64,000 bases of DNA. Source: Setoptus koraiensis (taxonomy: Eukaryota > Animalia > Arthropoda). The position numbers and the translations under genes were made by a program. Where the stretch lies: positions 4,588,001 through 4,652,000 of the forward strand of contig CM106586.1 of NCBI GenBank assembly GCA_048013815.1, given 5' to 3'. Of this stretch, positions 13,682 to 26,150 are shown piece by piece; positions within the stretch are counted from its first letter, which is position 1, and each line of letters starts with the position of its first letter. A model generated the notes under the pieces. That model made no database searches and was not told the origin of the DNA. It saw only the letters and a program-made list of their open reading frames with translations.

Positions 13682-15263
13682 CCTCTAGTTATGTTCAATT
13701 TAAAACTATGTTGAGTTGCGTAAAAAGGTGCTGTTTGTTCTTGTATTTTTGATTGTTTGATGATTTGTCTTAATAATGTCTTGATGACAGTAGCTACTTT
13801 AGTGAGGATAATCTAGATGATTGTAGATGATGAGTTTGTTTTTAGTTATATTCTCAGTTTCTTTTGCACTCCATTTATATATTGATTTTATCTAACGTTA
13901 TTTCATAGAAATATACGACGCAGATTTGTGGATGTTACTAGCAGCTGATGTGATGTGAACTGAATTACAAATGATCTAGTCTTGCACTATTATCACCTAT
14001 TTTACTAACTATCTAGTTATGTATTTTCACTAGAACTCCAACAAGAGCAGAGACATCAGATTATCATTGAGTTATAATTATTCAACGATTACTACTAGAT
14101 TTAACAGTGTCTGAATGTGTTTAGTTCTATTAATAGTTGGTTGTATTTTGTGTAGTTAAACGATAAAACAAAATTAGAGCTGATTAAAGAGAAAATGTGA
14201 GAGAAGCGTCTGAAGATAATCAGCCTATTTATACACATTTATGTGGAGCACTGAAATAGTAGTGGACGAAGATGAGAACTCTCATTTGCCACACCTTAAT
14301 GATACATGTAATGATCAAATTGATGTTGAAAGAGGATAGGTTTTTATCAGCAATCTATTTGATATCAGATGGCATCCATGTAGTCAATTAAATGGATAGC
14401 CATGAGGAAGGCTGAAAACGGTATATATCTCAGCTCATGTGCTTGTATTGACGTTGTGTAAAACTACCGATAGAGATAAACTTTGTCTAAACAACGCAAA
14501 TAGAGATAAAGGAATAAATTGATTATGTAATAATTTTACACAGTAAAGGCGACAACTTTCGTCAGATTAAACGCCAGGTAGCAGTAATTAACTTATTGAT
14601 TTGAAGTTAGAACCAGGCTGACCAGTGACCATGGTCTCTATTGAATTGTTGTACTGGTTGGCTAGCGTCACTACCACATTGTTCAGCCACAATGCATCGT
14701 AGCAACAATGTAATATAATTATCTTGTTGTTGTTGACGAAATAAATAAATAAAGTATAAAGTAGATTGGACTCGTGATAGGATGACAATGAGGCCCTCGT
14801 CAGTGTTTATTTAAAGCAAAATTTGGAATCGGTTCCGTAAATTGATCGACATGATAATCACTGTATTTATGAAATTGACAACAGTACACTTTCTACTTTG
14901 GTCGCCACTCTTATCGCATATCATTGAATTGTTTATATTTTTGTCGCCAGTTAATGCAAACTGGTGGAAATTTGTGTCTCAAATCAGGAAGTCATAAAGC
15001 TTCTCAACTTCTATCGACAATAGACCTTACTTGTATGGCTGACTCAATAGTCTGGCCGACCAAACAGATTACGATAACGGCGGTGCGCTTGTCTGTCACT
15101 TTGGAGAGTTGTAGGCCGTAACAAAAAACATGTGCTTCACAGATGAGCTGATTTGTTATTGTATTGTTGTAATGATCAACAATGATTTTCTACGCATTTT
15201 TTTCATTCATTTAGTTTACATTAAACATTTAGTCTCAAAGACATGTAGTGAATATCACTCACA

Positions 15264-15827
15264 ATGAATTCAAGGGGCTATAACGAAACTAAACAACTTA
15301 TTCAGAATCTGCAAGATCAATTGGACAGACTAGTGGAGCAATTATGTGAGCTGGAACAAAGCAAAAGTGAGATGGATCAAGAGGAATATGAAGAATGTAA
15401 GAAGGATACTTTGGAACAATTCGATGACATTCGACAATCATTGGACAAATTCTCATCTGGCGAGAAGAGCCTCATTGATGAGGTGGGATCCATGCAACTG
15501 GCCATTCAAGCCGCCATCAGTCAAGCTTTCAAAACACCAGATATAATTAAGATGTTTGCCAAAAATGAAACGGGATCGTTGAAAACAAAATTAAAACAGA
15601 TTGAATCGGACATTAAACTTAACAAGATTCCATTGGAGGATGCAAATCGGACTAAAGTGGAAATTTTGACAGCTCTAAGAAAACTAGGTGCACCTCTAAG
15701 TGCTGAAGAGGAGAAATTCTTGACGGCAACAACAACAAGCGAGATGGAAATTTTCCAGAGAATCGATAGCAATAGTTATACATGGAATGATGAAAAATTG
15801 TTAAAAATAACCACCGACACAGACTGA
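15264..15827 (+). CDS. LZIC: LZIC (leucine zipper and ICAT-like domain protein), 187 aa
   Basis: SRGxxETxxLxQNLQDQLDRLVEQL, MQLAIQAAISQAFKTP and EILTALRKLG match the LZIC family. Confidence 0.92.
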   Translation: MNSRGYNETKQLIQNLQDQLDRLVEQLCELEQSKSEMDQEEYEECKKDTLEQFDDIRQSLDKFSSGEKSLIDEVGSMQLAIQAAISQAFKTPDIIKMFAKNETGSLKTKLKQIESDIKLNKIPLEDANRTKVEILTALRKLGAPLSAEEEKFLTATTTSEMEIFQRIDSNSYTWNDEKLLKITTDTD

Positions 15828-16863
15828 GACTGCCAAGAGATATCATGAGCAGAATAATATTATGATTCCACCATCATGATAATGTTTATTTGAACGTCAG
15901 ATCTACAACTTCTGCGGTTTATGACGCACACAAATGAACAATAATAAAATTATGAGATGTACAAACACAACTTTCATGATGTCATATCCAAATCGGCAAA
16001 CACTTCGAGGGGTGCGCGTGACGGACATTGCAGAAAATAACAACAAGTCTTCTCGGCCAACTTATCGTCTGTTGTGAATAAATCTACCGGACCCTATAGT
16101 TGACATAGGACGAAACATCAGTTTTGTATTCGAATATTCATCAAACATTCATCTTGATTGGATAATCGAGCGTCAATCTCATCAGCCAAGTTAGCAACTA
16201 ACCTGATAAATTACCGAAACAATTGGTGAAAAATGCAGCTCTACCGCTCTGACACTCTCACAACAGTTTGTTAGCAACAGTTCAATCGGAGAATTAGGTT
16301 ATAATCTATTCAAATTACGCAATTGCTGCCACGATAAGAATAGATGTGTTGATAGAGGTATTTGGAGTTATCAAGAAATCGAAAGATAGAGATTGATAGA
16401 TAAAGAGGGGGAGAGAGAGAGTGAAATCAAGATTTGCCCATGATTAATAATCTGTGTGTCGTCTGCTTTGATGATGCTCAGTAAATTGTCTCTTTTCCTT
16501 AGCAACTATTTCCATTCGACATTCGAGATCACCACCCCTATCAGACTGTGACATCATGACAAAAAGAGGAAAAATATGTTGTTGAAAAATATCCCTCTTC
16601 TAACCAAAACACGGTTAATAATACAGTTCAATTGTATAATTTTATTGCAAGGCATTAGGTCGCCTCCAATGAGGAAGGTAAACAAATCTCTTTTAGATCG
16701 AAAACAATAGTGCTAGTGACAAACTTAAAAATATTTTTCACCGCTCAATCAGCCGAGTATATTTATCATTTCAAAATACCGGTATAGATCATGAATCAGA
16801 TTGCTCGTAGAATAAATTTTTGTAAAACAATAATAATAGATGTACTATGATTGCATTGTTGCT

Positions 16864-17785
16864 TTACTTAACCATTATAGATCCCTGAACTTGTTGACTT
16901 AGAACTTTTGACTCCTTAGACCAATCTTTGGCGGCTATCTTTTTGACGACCCTTGGAATGATCCTTTTTGCGGCAGCGCCTAACACTTTCATTCTTTCAA
17001 CAACCATATCAGCAGTGACACTTTCTTCATCTGGATGCCAACAATCATAGTCGGTTATAAGTAGTATGCAAGCGTAAAAGACACCCAACTCGGCAGCTAA
17101 TTGAACTTCTGGCACGGAGGTCATGTTGACAACGTCGCAGCCCCAACTTTGGTGTAACTTTGATTCGGCCAAGGTTGAAAATCTAGGACCCTCGATTGTT
17201 ACGGCGGTCAGCTTGTCGTGGCAATTAATATCACCAAGCTCCTTGCAAGCCTCAGCAATGAAAGATTGCATAGTGGAATTGATCGGCTTTCCTTGGCCTA
17301 TGTGGCACACTTTGTAAAATGATCTACCCCGATAGGAAACTGTTCTATCAATATATTGATCTAGTATTCCAACGTGTCCTGTATATGAACAAAAATAAGA
17401 TGTCAGATCACTCAACTCACATATCAGGTATGTGCTAAAATGTTTATTGTTGGCTTTTTTTCGAAATGAGCTTACCTGGTTGTATTTCTTTGCGTAATGA
17501 TCCACAAGCCGATGTCACCAGCAAATGAGTGCAGTGGAATTGCTTGACGAGCGCCCAAATATTAGCTCGATAATTGACTTCGGATGGGTTTACTGCATGG
17601 TGCTTTCCATGCCTGGCCATAATATAAACCCGGACTCCCTCTATTTCACCACTACAAATGTGAGAGTCACACACTTTACCATATGGGGTCTCTTTCACTT
17701 CAACCTCATGCCTATTGGTTAACAATGACGTGTCTTGATCGATACCAGTACCACCGATGATACCAATAATTACAGGTGGTGTCAT
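16864..17785 (-). CDS. MTAP: S-methyl-5'-thioadenosine phosphorylase, 274 aa; exons 17476..17785 and 16864..17378
   Basis: IGIIGGTG, ETPYG, ARHG, NYRANIWAL, SACGSL, TIEGPRFSTLAES, VVNMTSVPE, ITDYDCWH. A 97-nt phase-1 intron (CAG|GTAAGC...ATACAG|GA, 17379-17475) joins the two ORF-track fragments. Confidence 0.95.
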
Positions 17786-17941
17786 TTTTGCTAAAGTGTT
17801 GTTATTGTTGTTGTGTTGGTCGTTGTGTTTGTTGTTGTGTCGGTTGTTGTTATTGTTTTATTTATTTATCTAATTAATTAACTAACTAAGTTTTACAAGT
17901 TTTACAGTTTTGTTAGTTAATGAAAAATTCACCATATGATA

Positions 17942-18002
17942 GGCCGCACCCCGCGCCCGCAACCTCCCCCGCACATCGCACGCAGCGCGCACAACGCACG
18001 CT
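17942..18002. promoter_or_regulatory. GC-rich patch in the probable bidirectional promoter between divergent MTAP and NFU1
   Basis: GGCCGCACCCCGCGCCCGC...CGCACGCAGCGCGCAC island in AT-rich DNA, centred in the ~360 bp between two divergent start codons. Confidence 0.45.
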
Positions 18003-18143
18003 CTGTGCATGTGGGATCAAAATTTGATCGTCAAATCGATCGATTGGTCAAATTTAGACATGTTTGAGTGTATCTTCTCTAAAACATAACTCATTATCTT
18101 GACTATTATTAACTGCTCAAACCAATCATATTCGAGGAGAATC

Positions 18144-18887
18144 ATGGCAAGCCTCAAGGCATCGAGACTATGCTCTCTGTTTAGTCAGACCAGCCGGATT
18201 GCAAGTCAATGTCACTGTCGGACACGCATGATGATCTGGAATACGCACAATAATCTATTATCTAGACAGATATCTACATCATCTCAGCCGACAAGGAAGA
18301 TCCATACAACGAGAATAAATAGAATGTTTATTCAGGTAGAAGAGACTCCAAATCCTAACAGTCTAAAATTTTATCCAGGAGAGCAAATTCTTGAGTCTGG
18401 AACCATTGACTTTCAAGACAAAGTTGCTGCCTCATTGAAGTCTCCCCTTGCCAAATCACTCTTTCGTATCAAGGGTGTCAAGAGTGTTTTTTTCTCCCAA
18501 GAATTCATCACAGTCACTAAAGAAGATGACGATGCTCTGGAGTGGAAAGTTCTAAAACCTCAAATATTTTCTTCGATAATGATATTTTACACAATGAAAC
18601 AGCCTGTGCTCTATGATGAACCAGAATTAGATGCTAACGCAATCAACGAAGACGATAGTGAAATAGTCAAAGAAATAAAGCAGTTAATAGAAGATCGTAT
18701 ACGTCCCACTATCCAGGAAGATGGTGGGGATTTGGCCTTCGTTGCTTATGAAGATGGCATAGTAAAAGTGAGGCTACAGGGAGCTTGCACATCCTGCCCT
18801 AGTTCAATCGTAACCTTGAGAAGCGGTATTAAGAATATGCTTCAATTCTATATACCTGAGATTGTGGACGTGGAACAGATCTCTTGA
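18144..18887 (+). CDS. NFU1: NFU1 iron-sulfur cluster scaffold, mitochondrial, 247 aa
   Basis: Basic presequence, then MFIQVEETPNPNSLKFYPG and IRPTIQEDGGD...LQGACTSCPSS (CxxC). First ATG is 18144; the ORF track starts at a TTG. Confidence 0.95.
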   Translation: MASLKASRLCSLFSQTSRIASQCHCRTRMMIWNTHNNLLSRQISTSSQPTRKIHTTRINRMFIQVEETPNPNSLKFYPGEQILESGTIDFQDKVAASLKSPLAKSLFRIKGVKSVFFSQEFITVTKEDDDALEWKVLKPQIFSSIMIFYTMKQPVLYDEPELDANAINEDDSEIVKEIKQLIEDRIRPTIQEDGGDLAFVAYEDGIVKVRLQGACTSCPSSIVTLRSGIKNMLQFYIPEIVDVEQIS

Positions 18888-19211
18888 TACCAAAGATAGT
18901 GTTAGATAAGACAGAAAAAATGTGGGTATCATGTCAACAGGACCCGTTGAACAGACATCTCAATGACAGTTTCCCGCCATTTTTTCAATTTAAGATTCTG
19001 TTTGTAAACAAAACAAAGAAGCATGAACACAAAATCGCATATCATTTGGCATTTTATCATTAATTAATTGTTATCAGAAAATAAAATACGTTGATATATG
19101 AAACTGATTTACCACCACCGAGATAAGTCTCTTTCATCGAATATATTCAATTAATTACATGATACAATATATATAGTATAATCTAGTTAGTTGGGCCAGG
19201 ATATCAGAAAC

Positions 19212-19583
19212 ATGGAAACTAGGTTTGAAAATGACTGCAACCTATCTGAGGAGGAACAAAGAGAAAAGATGCAGGTCCTCGTCTCTAATTTTAGCGAGGA
19301 TCAACTCAATAGATATGAAATGTATAGAAGGTCGGCATTCCCTAAAGCATCCATCAAGCGCATAATGCAATCTTTAACAGGCACATCGGTATCGCAAAAT
19401 GTCGTCATAGCTATGTCTGGTATGGCCAAAGTATTTGTAGGAGAATTAGTAGAAGAAGCCCTGGATGTGCAAGAGAAATATGGCGATTCAGGACCAATAG
19501 AACCGAAACATCTTCGCGAAGCACACAGGATAGTATGTAACAGAGCCAAAAAACAGCCTTACAACTGTGATATCAATCTATAA
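19212..19583 (+). CDS. TAF11: TFIID subunit TAF11 (essentially the histone-fold domain only), 123 aa
   Basis: [66 protein letters not shown]. First ATG is 19212. Confidence 0.93.
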   Translation: METRFENDCNLSEEEQREKMQVLVSNFSEDQLNRYEMYRRSAFPKASIKRIMQSLTGTSVSQNVVIAMSGMAKVFVGELVEEALDVQEKYGDSGPIEPKHLREAHRIVCNRAKKQPYNCDINL

Positions 19584-19864
19584 ATTAATGAGGCGCGTTC
19601 CGTCCTCCTAATGGATACAAGCGCTGGCTCGAACAATTATGGAGGGATCTCATTCTAATTATAACTTCTAAATTCACTGCGTTGACCAGGCGGCTGTCGT
19701 TATTTATTATTACTTTCACTCACAAGCTCAAGCCGATAGCTTGGACGAAAAAAATAACAAGATAAATTCAATCAATTTAAAGTAATACCACTACAACAAA
19801 CGACCGTCTAAATCAAATTTGACTTTCTTAGAATGGTGGCCAATCAGCCATGTTGTCAATCGGT

Positions 19865-21490
19865 TCAATTGACCATTCTATAGTAATCAATTAGTCTATC
19901 TGCTTCTCTCCATCCACTGACGATGGCACCATGTGACGTTGAATACAGATCACCAGAGGTTGCTTCGCCGGCGAACATAATCCGCGGAATGGAACGGACA
20001 CAATCGTTGTTAGTAACTGTGGCAGGTCGACATATTGGCTCCTGAAGATCGTCTACTTGATGATTGAAGCTTTCCATTGATTGAAAGCTATACGAACCTT
20101 TTATGAATGGATTGGAGTTCCATCTAGAGCAAATACACGTAGTTAGCCGGGACGGAGACTCGTAAATTTCAGGCCAGAAAGAGTTCAGTATACTCAGGCA
20201 AACGTTTGCCACTGTGTCATCCTCTTCTAATTCCATTAATTTGGCACCGCGGCCACCAATCCAACCTAATAATAAATTTGGTTGGCGCCTCACAACATCA
20301 AAGCCAATTATATCATATGCCCAATCGGGATAAAGTTGTCTATCTCTGTCTATATCTCTCCAGAGCAATTTGATACCCGCATGGTTGCCCCAGAATGGTT
20401 TATCAAAACGCAAAAATATTTTGTTGACCGTACCGAATCCCATCGCGTTAATCAATAGTTGTTTAGAGGTAGGCAATGCTGGGTGAAACAAGCTGGTATG
20501 GTTCTCTTTGAGGAAACCCAATGATCCTGTAAATATCACATGGTCACAAAAGATCAACTTTTTGTTAGTGTCGTCCTGTTGACTGCTATCATCACTGCAG
20601 TATTCAATCAGAATGGGTTTTCCTCTTGACTCAACATCTCTAGTTTCGTCGTCATGTAACTGTATCTTCGTTACTCTTTTTGATAGCATGACAGTTCCCT
20701 CTGGTATGTTGGCCATAAACCATTTCACAAGACTACTATAGCCACCTCTAAAATTGATTAGGGTTCCATCGCCCCAATCTGACCATCCAGTGTAGGAGTT
20801 TATGGAGACTTCATTCATGCTGTTGCAGCAATTATCAATTGTCTCGTACCTGAGAAACCAGTCGAATATTGCGTAAACTAGATCTTTCTTAGCAGCTAAA
20901 TAGCTATCATTAGCTATAGCCTTGTCTACGTCATATTTGAAAATGTCTGACGCTTTGCTGAATTTGTTGGCCTTGACAATATCGTCATAGACGTTTTTAG
21001 AAAGATTACGCTTGCTCTTGAGCGTAATTTCAAACACTTTATCAATCAGCTTAGCGTCCACTACCTGGCCGTTGTTTGTACAAAACACACCACTGAATTC
21101 CGTATCCGCATCTTCTGGATCCTCTAGAAGATGTTTGTCTGACATCCATGCATACAATGGATTGTCCTCGGCCCCATGGAGCCACTGTGCGCCCTATAAA
21201 ATTCAAACGAATAAAGGCAAGATAACGATAAAAACAACAATATCGATATAATATGCTACCAAAATTCACTCTACACATTGATATGATTGGGGTGGTTGAA
21301 TTACCAATTCTATGACAAAGTTGTGATGATCTACAGTCTGAACTCTGCCACCAACTCTATCTTGAGCCTCCAAAACGACGATGCTGTTGAAACCATTTTG
21401 CAACAATTTCTGAGCCGCCGCCAAGCCAGCCAATCCAGCGCCAACTATAACTAAACGTTTGTGGTCTAACGAAGAGGTTCCGTTTGTCAT
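19865..21490 (-). CDS. Flavin amine oxidase, spermine/N1-acetylpolyamine oxidase family, 504 aa; exons 21305..21490 and 19865..21193
   Basis: [13 protein letters not shown] dinucleotide fold and [14 protein letters not shown] phase-0 intron 21194-21304 (TTG|GTAATT...TATAG|GGC) restores ELGAQWLHG. Also [23 protein letters not shown] and FAGEAT...HGA. Confidence 0.9.
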
Positions 21491-22524
21491 GACAGCTCGG
21501 ATATAATTAAGATAATCGCATCTAATTTATAGATCACTCAAATTAGCTCTATGTCCTAATTAGTATCCATTTAGTCGTTCACCCTGTAATTCTAGATGCC
21601 TGCCTAGATTGGCTGAAGTAGAAGTTATCGATACTGACTGCTTGAGCAAGATCTTGTTGAGTTATCTCGATGTTGGCTCAACTCTTACACTATGAAATAT
21701 CTCGATATAGATTAGACACATTGATGATTATCAAACTGATTGATCATGAAGAAAATAGCAAGGATGTGCCTCGACAAGAGCATCCGACTCGCATTTTGTC
21801 TTTTTTTTTCAATCAGATGCTTGACGAAAACTCAACTGCGACGATTTTATAATGTACCTATAGTACATGCAAGTGCATTTGTTATTGTTTCTTGTTACTT
21901 CTATTTTTGCATATCCTCAATCATGAAAGATAGGATTGTGTTATGCCTTTGTTCAGGGCAACAGATACGCAGTAATCTTGTTACTACCAGTGTTACATAT
22001 CTCAACACTGATTTTTGTGTCCCATTTTTAAATATTTCTATATATTTTTGATTGATTTAATTTCAATAGAATCATAGATACCCTAACACAGCCTCCCGAA
22101 TGAACAATAATCATCATGAAGCTCGACAAACATCTTATGAGATATAAAACTGGAAAAAAACACACTGTCATGAGATTGTCGATAATGCGCGGTGAGATTG
22201 ATTTCAAAAATGGTTCCGATAGAAATAAACGAGCACACTGAGGTCCGAAGACAAACTCGATGATACCGGAAATGAAAGAGCCTCTCATTCGTAACATCGG
22301 CTGAAGCGCTGTGTAAAATTCTAGGTACACGACAAAGCAGTCAGTTATTTATTTTCTTTCAAAGTTCTAATTATTTGATCAAGTTGATTCACTAGTTAAT
22401 TTAGATTACGGATATTATTGCCGCATTATTATTATCAAATTTGAAATACATCGTATACATAAAATCTATTTATTACAACCAAAATAAAACTTTGTACAAA
22501 ATATGAGCACGACATATCTTTGGC

Positions 22525-22720
22525 TAGTTGGTCTATGATTTTGGAAACATGGTGAACGGATATGAAAACGATTGCAACCTATCTGAAAGGGAGACAAAGA
22601 GAAAAGATGCAGGTTCCTATTCAAGCGAGCATGCAACAACTATGTAAAGTCTAACCAAGAGCATCGATCAAATTTCATGCAAACTGTGGCAGGTATATCA
22701 GGTTGGGAGAGTTTGTAACA
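22525..22720 (+). pseudogene. Decayed partial duplicate of TAF11 (5' flank plus 5' CDS)
   Basis: GAAACATGG...GAAAACGATTGCAACCTATCTGA...ACAAAGAGAAAAGATGCAGGT aligns to 19187-19380. It translates [13 protein letters not shown] vs [13 protein letters not shown], followed by a +1 frameshift, deletions and a TAA. Confidence 0.85.
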
Positions 22721-22739
22721 GATCGAAACAACTGCGATC

Positions 22740-24149
22740 TCAATCTACGGATATACTATTGAGACCGCTCCCGATCGTTTCTACCTGAAATCCTATCTTT
22801 GATAACCCCTTGGCATCTAGAATTCTTCTCCCATCAAATACAAATGCCGGTTTGAACATAGTTGCATAGATCTCATCATAATTTAAATCTCTGAATTCAG
22901 CCCACTCGGTACAGATAACAATGGCATGGCAACTCTTGCAACAAGAGTAAGGATTATCAGCTATGTGTATCTGGTCAATAAGTGAACTATTATCACATGT
23001 GAGATCGAACAAGATTCTATTCTTGGGCACCTTTGGGTCGTAGATGTTTAGGTGAGCATTCTCGTTGAGTAAATGTCGACAGATGTACTTGGCTGATGAC
23101 TCTCTTGTGTCGCCGGTGTCAGATTTGAACGAAAATCCCAGAACTGCAATTTTTTTTTCAGTGAGAGTACCGAATAAACATTTAACAATCTTTCTTGAGA
23201 ATCTCGCACGCTGATAGTCGTTCATTTTTATGACTTCATACCAGTAAGAGGCGACTTCTTTCAGATTGAGACATTCACTCAAATAGACTAGGTTTAGGAT
23301 ATCTTTCTGAAAACATGAACCACCAAACCCCACACCGGCCTTGAGATATCTAGATCCTATTCTCATGTCGGTGCCTATTGCTTTTGACACTTCGTCAATG
23401 TCGGCACCAGTAACTTCACAAACGGCAGATATGGCGTTAATGGATGAAATTCTTTGAGCCAAGAAAGCATTGGCTGCTAATTTAGAGAGTTCAGACGACC
23501 AGGTATTTGTCGTTATTAATTTTTCACCAGCCACCCAATTGAGGTAGATTTCCTTCAATTTGTTGATGGCGACGAGTCCACTTTCAGTGTCAACATTGCC
23601 CCCGATTAATATGCGATCTGGATGGACTAGATTCTCTACAGCCGTACCTTCTGCCATGAATTCTGGATTGGACAGAACCTCAAAATGGACGTTCTTTTGC
23701 TTGTTGGCATTCAATATTCGTCTGATGCTCTCTGCGGCCTTCACTGGGACGGTAGATTTTTCCACTATAATTTTGTCAGACTGGGAATGTTCCGCAATGA
23801 GACGTGACACATATTCCAGATTTTTGAGGTCCGCCGCGCGACCCAGTCCAATGCCTGATGTTTTGCTTGGCGTATTGACCGATATGAATATCATGTCTGC
23901 CCTTTTGATCTGGTCGGCGACCTGATGGGTGAAAAATAGATTCTTGTTCCTACATAGTTCAATCAATTCCTTTAGGCCGGGCTCGTATATGGGCAGGCTG
24001 TCTGAGTTCCATTCGTCTATTCTGGTCTCGTTTGAGTCGACAACATACACCTCGATATGGGGACACTTGTAAGCTATAACAGCCATGGTTGGTCCGCCAA
24101 CATATCCTGCTCCAATGCAGCACACTCTCGATATCGTTGGTGGTGACAT
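22740..24149 (-). CDS. UGDH: UDP-glucose 6-dehydrogenase, 469 aa, intronless
   Basis: [60 protein letters not shown]; eukaryotic type. Confidence 0.97.
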   Translation of the reverse strand: MSPPTISRVCCIGAGYVGGPTMAVIAYKCPHIEVYVVDSNETRIDEWNSDSLPIYEPGLKELIELCRNKNLFFTHQVADQIKRADMIFISVNTPSKTSGIGLGRAADLKNLEYVSRLIAEHSQSDKIIVEKSTVPVKAAESIRRILNANKQKNVHFEVLSNPEFMAEGTAVENLVHPDRILIGGNVDTESGLVAINKLKEIYLNWVAGEKLITTNTWSSELSKLAANAFLAQRISSINAISAVCEVTGADIDEVSKAIGTDMRIGSRYLKAGVGFGGSCFQKDILNLVYLSECLNLKEVASYWYEVIKMNDYQRARFSRKIVKCLFGTLTEKKIAVLGFSFKSDTGDTRESSAKYICRHLLNENAHLNIYDPKVPKNRILFDLTCDNSSLIDQIHIADNPYSCCKSCHAIVICTEWAEFRDLNYDEIYATMFKPAFVFDGRRILDAKGLSKIGFQVETIGSGLNSISVD

Positions 24150-24678
24150 ATTTGGATGTGGACGTTAATAGACTGAAAAATCGGCTTAGCAGGCTGGTTC
24201 CTATTGGAATGTGTCCGATGTTTGATTGAAATAAGCAAACATGGTTGATTTATAAACAACACAATTGTTGGCTGGCTAACTGTTAGCAACAATCGCAGTT
24301 TGGTGGATGCATTTGGGCCAAGTCGCACAACATCTCCGACTTGTTTTGCACGCATAAAGCGTCTATTCACTTACGAAGCTGCCAGCGAATGGCATGAATA
24401 ATGACGACGCGTGAATATGCGTTCATACATGTGCATGTACGACGCACCAGAGCCAGTCAGGTTTGTTGATATTCACACACACAGATTTTTCATTTTAATT
24501 TTGAGTTGAATTTGGCGCCATTGCCCGCGTTATTCGTGGTAACATTATTGTCGCAAGAATGCACACATTGTTCACTAGTTGTTGTTGTTGTTGTTGCATT
24601 GTTTAGGCAAACAACGGTTTGCTATCGCTATCAAAACTTTATTTTTGAAACATTTATATTTGCCAATAATCAATCAAA

Positions 24679-25425
24679 ATGGAGATCTCTATGGATGAGT
24701 TTATTGCCTCATTAGATCCACTATCCACGGAATTGAAGAGAAATTTCGCATTAATGACAGAGCTAGATCAAAGGACAAAAACTTTGATGGACAAAATAAA
24801 GGAAAATGTTAAAATATACAAATGTTCACCTATGATGAGCGAACGCTCAACTCTATACAAGGAGATTATGTCAACATTTAATACAGCACACGATTACGCC
24901 GAGGACAAGATACAGTTAGCATATCAGACATACGATCTCGTTGACAAGCACATCAGAAGATTGGACGAGGCCAAGGAGAAACACAAATCTAAGATCAACA
25001 ATAACGATATTAACGATAACAGCAACACCAATAAAGATTGCAATGGCAGTCCAGTTAAAAAGGGCAAACATATCAACAAGAAAGACAACAACAAAAGGAG
25101 CAAAATAAAATCAGAGGACACCAATAACGAGTCACAGCAACATACAACAAACACACCTAACTTGCCGCCAGCACTAGCTATACCTGGCGAACCATTGGCT
25201 GTAGATATGCCCATAGATCCAAATGAGCCCCTCTATTGCATTTGCCATCAGGTGTCACACGGCGAAATGATTGCTTGCGACAACAAAGAATGTTCCATTG
25301 AATGGTTCCATTTTGCCTGTGTAAATTTGATAGAAAAACCCAAAGGCAAATGGTATTGTAACGAATGCTATCACAATTCTAAAAACAGAGGAACCAAAGG
25401 CAGAAAGAGGCGACACCACTCTTAA
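24679..25425 (+). CDS. Inhibitor of growth protein, ING4/ING5-like, 248 aa
   Basis: N-terminal ING coiled coil (LKRNFALMTELD...EDKIQLA.QTYDLVDKHIRRLD) and PHD finger PIDPNEPLYCICHQVSHGEMIACDN..C.IEWFHFACV...KPKGKWYC. Confidence 0.93.
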   Translation: MEISMDEFIASLDPLSTELKRNFALMTELDQRTKTLMDKIKENVKIYKCSPMMSERSTLYKEIMSTFNTAHDYAEDKIQLAYQTYDLVDKHIRRLDEAKEKHKSKINNNDINDNSNTNKDCNGSPVKKGKHINKKDNNKRSKIKSEDTNNESQQHTTNTPNLPPALAIPGEPLAVDMPIDPNEPLYCICHQVSHGEMIACDNKECSIEWFHFACVNLIEKPKGKWYCNECYHNSKNRGTKGRKRRHHS

Positions 25426-26150
25426 CAACCATGAAACATTCATATATAAATATATCGGTTAAAATAAACCAATATTGTAATGGACTCGAATTTTGATCAA
25501 TTTTTTTGTAAAATCTAGTCTAATTACACACACCGCATGACATTTTGACATTCTAGAGTCTGCAAAAGTGTGTGTGAGCTTGGTCCTCGCACAATACTCT
25601 CCTCATGCAACGCTCTATCAGCTGTTCGGTCACGAGCTGTCAGTTGAGCGCATGATGTAATGTGCAGTATGAGTACAGTAGTACTACTGTAGTGTGTTTG
25701 TACTTGTTTGTATTTGGCCAAGAGATCAATTGGAGTATAAGTTGTTTTATAACAAGTTATCACATTATTTTGTATAGGATATCACAAAATGAGGCGCAAG
25801 TTATTGATGGTGGTCACTAGCCTAGTGACACTAGGAGGCCGCCGAGAATTCAGTCAGGCTGGGTTTCATCACGCTTGCTATCACACACAAAATATTCGGC
25901 GATTCTGGGATTTTGGTAATAATACCAGAATTGGTAAAAAAATTGACATTGGCCACACGAGAGTCGTCTGTGAGCGTAGGTTATGTTGTTGTCGTTGGCT
26001 CGAGGTTAGACATTCACGGTGATTGGATGCCATTTTATTTGCCTAAAATATCGATTAGATCTTACAAAATGATTCGGGTCATAAATCCATAAATACATAA
26101 AAATAATGGTGCATTCTTCTATTTTCAGAGGTTGTGTGTATCATTATCTA

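Noticed and set aside
14241-14520. Interrupted frame MWSTEIVVDEDEN...DIRWHPCSQ
   Set aside because: Looks vaguely like a pseudogene, but I could not assign a parent.
22028-22330. 100-aa hydrophobic minus-strand ORF
   Set aside because: Non-ATG start and no recognisable homology.
25524-26022. Short ORFs between ING and the EB/LDLa gene
   Set aside because: No motifs; located in the convergent 3' UTR zone.
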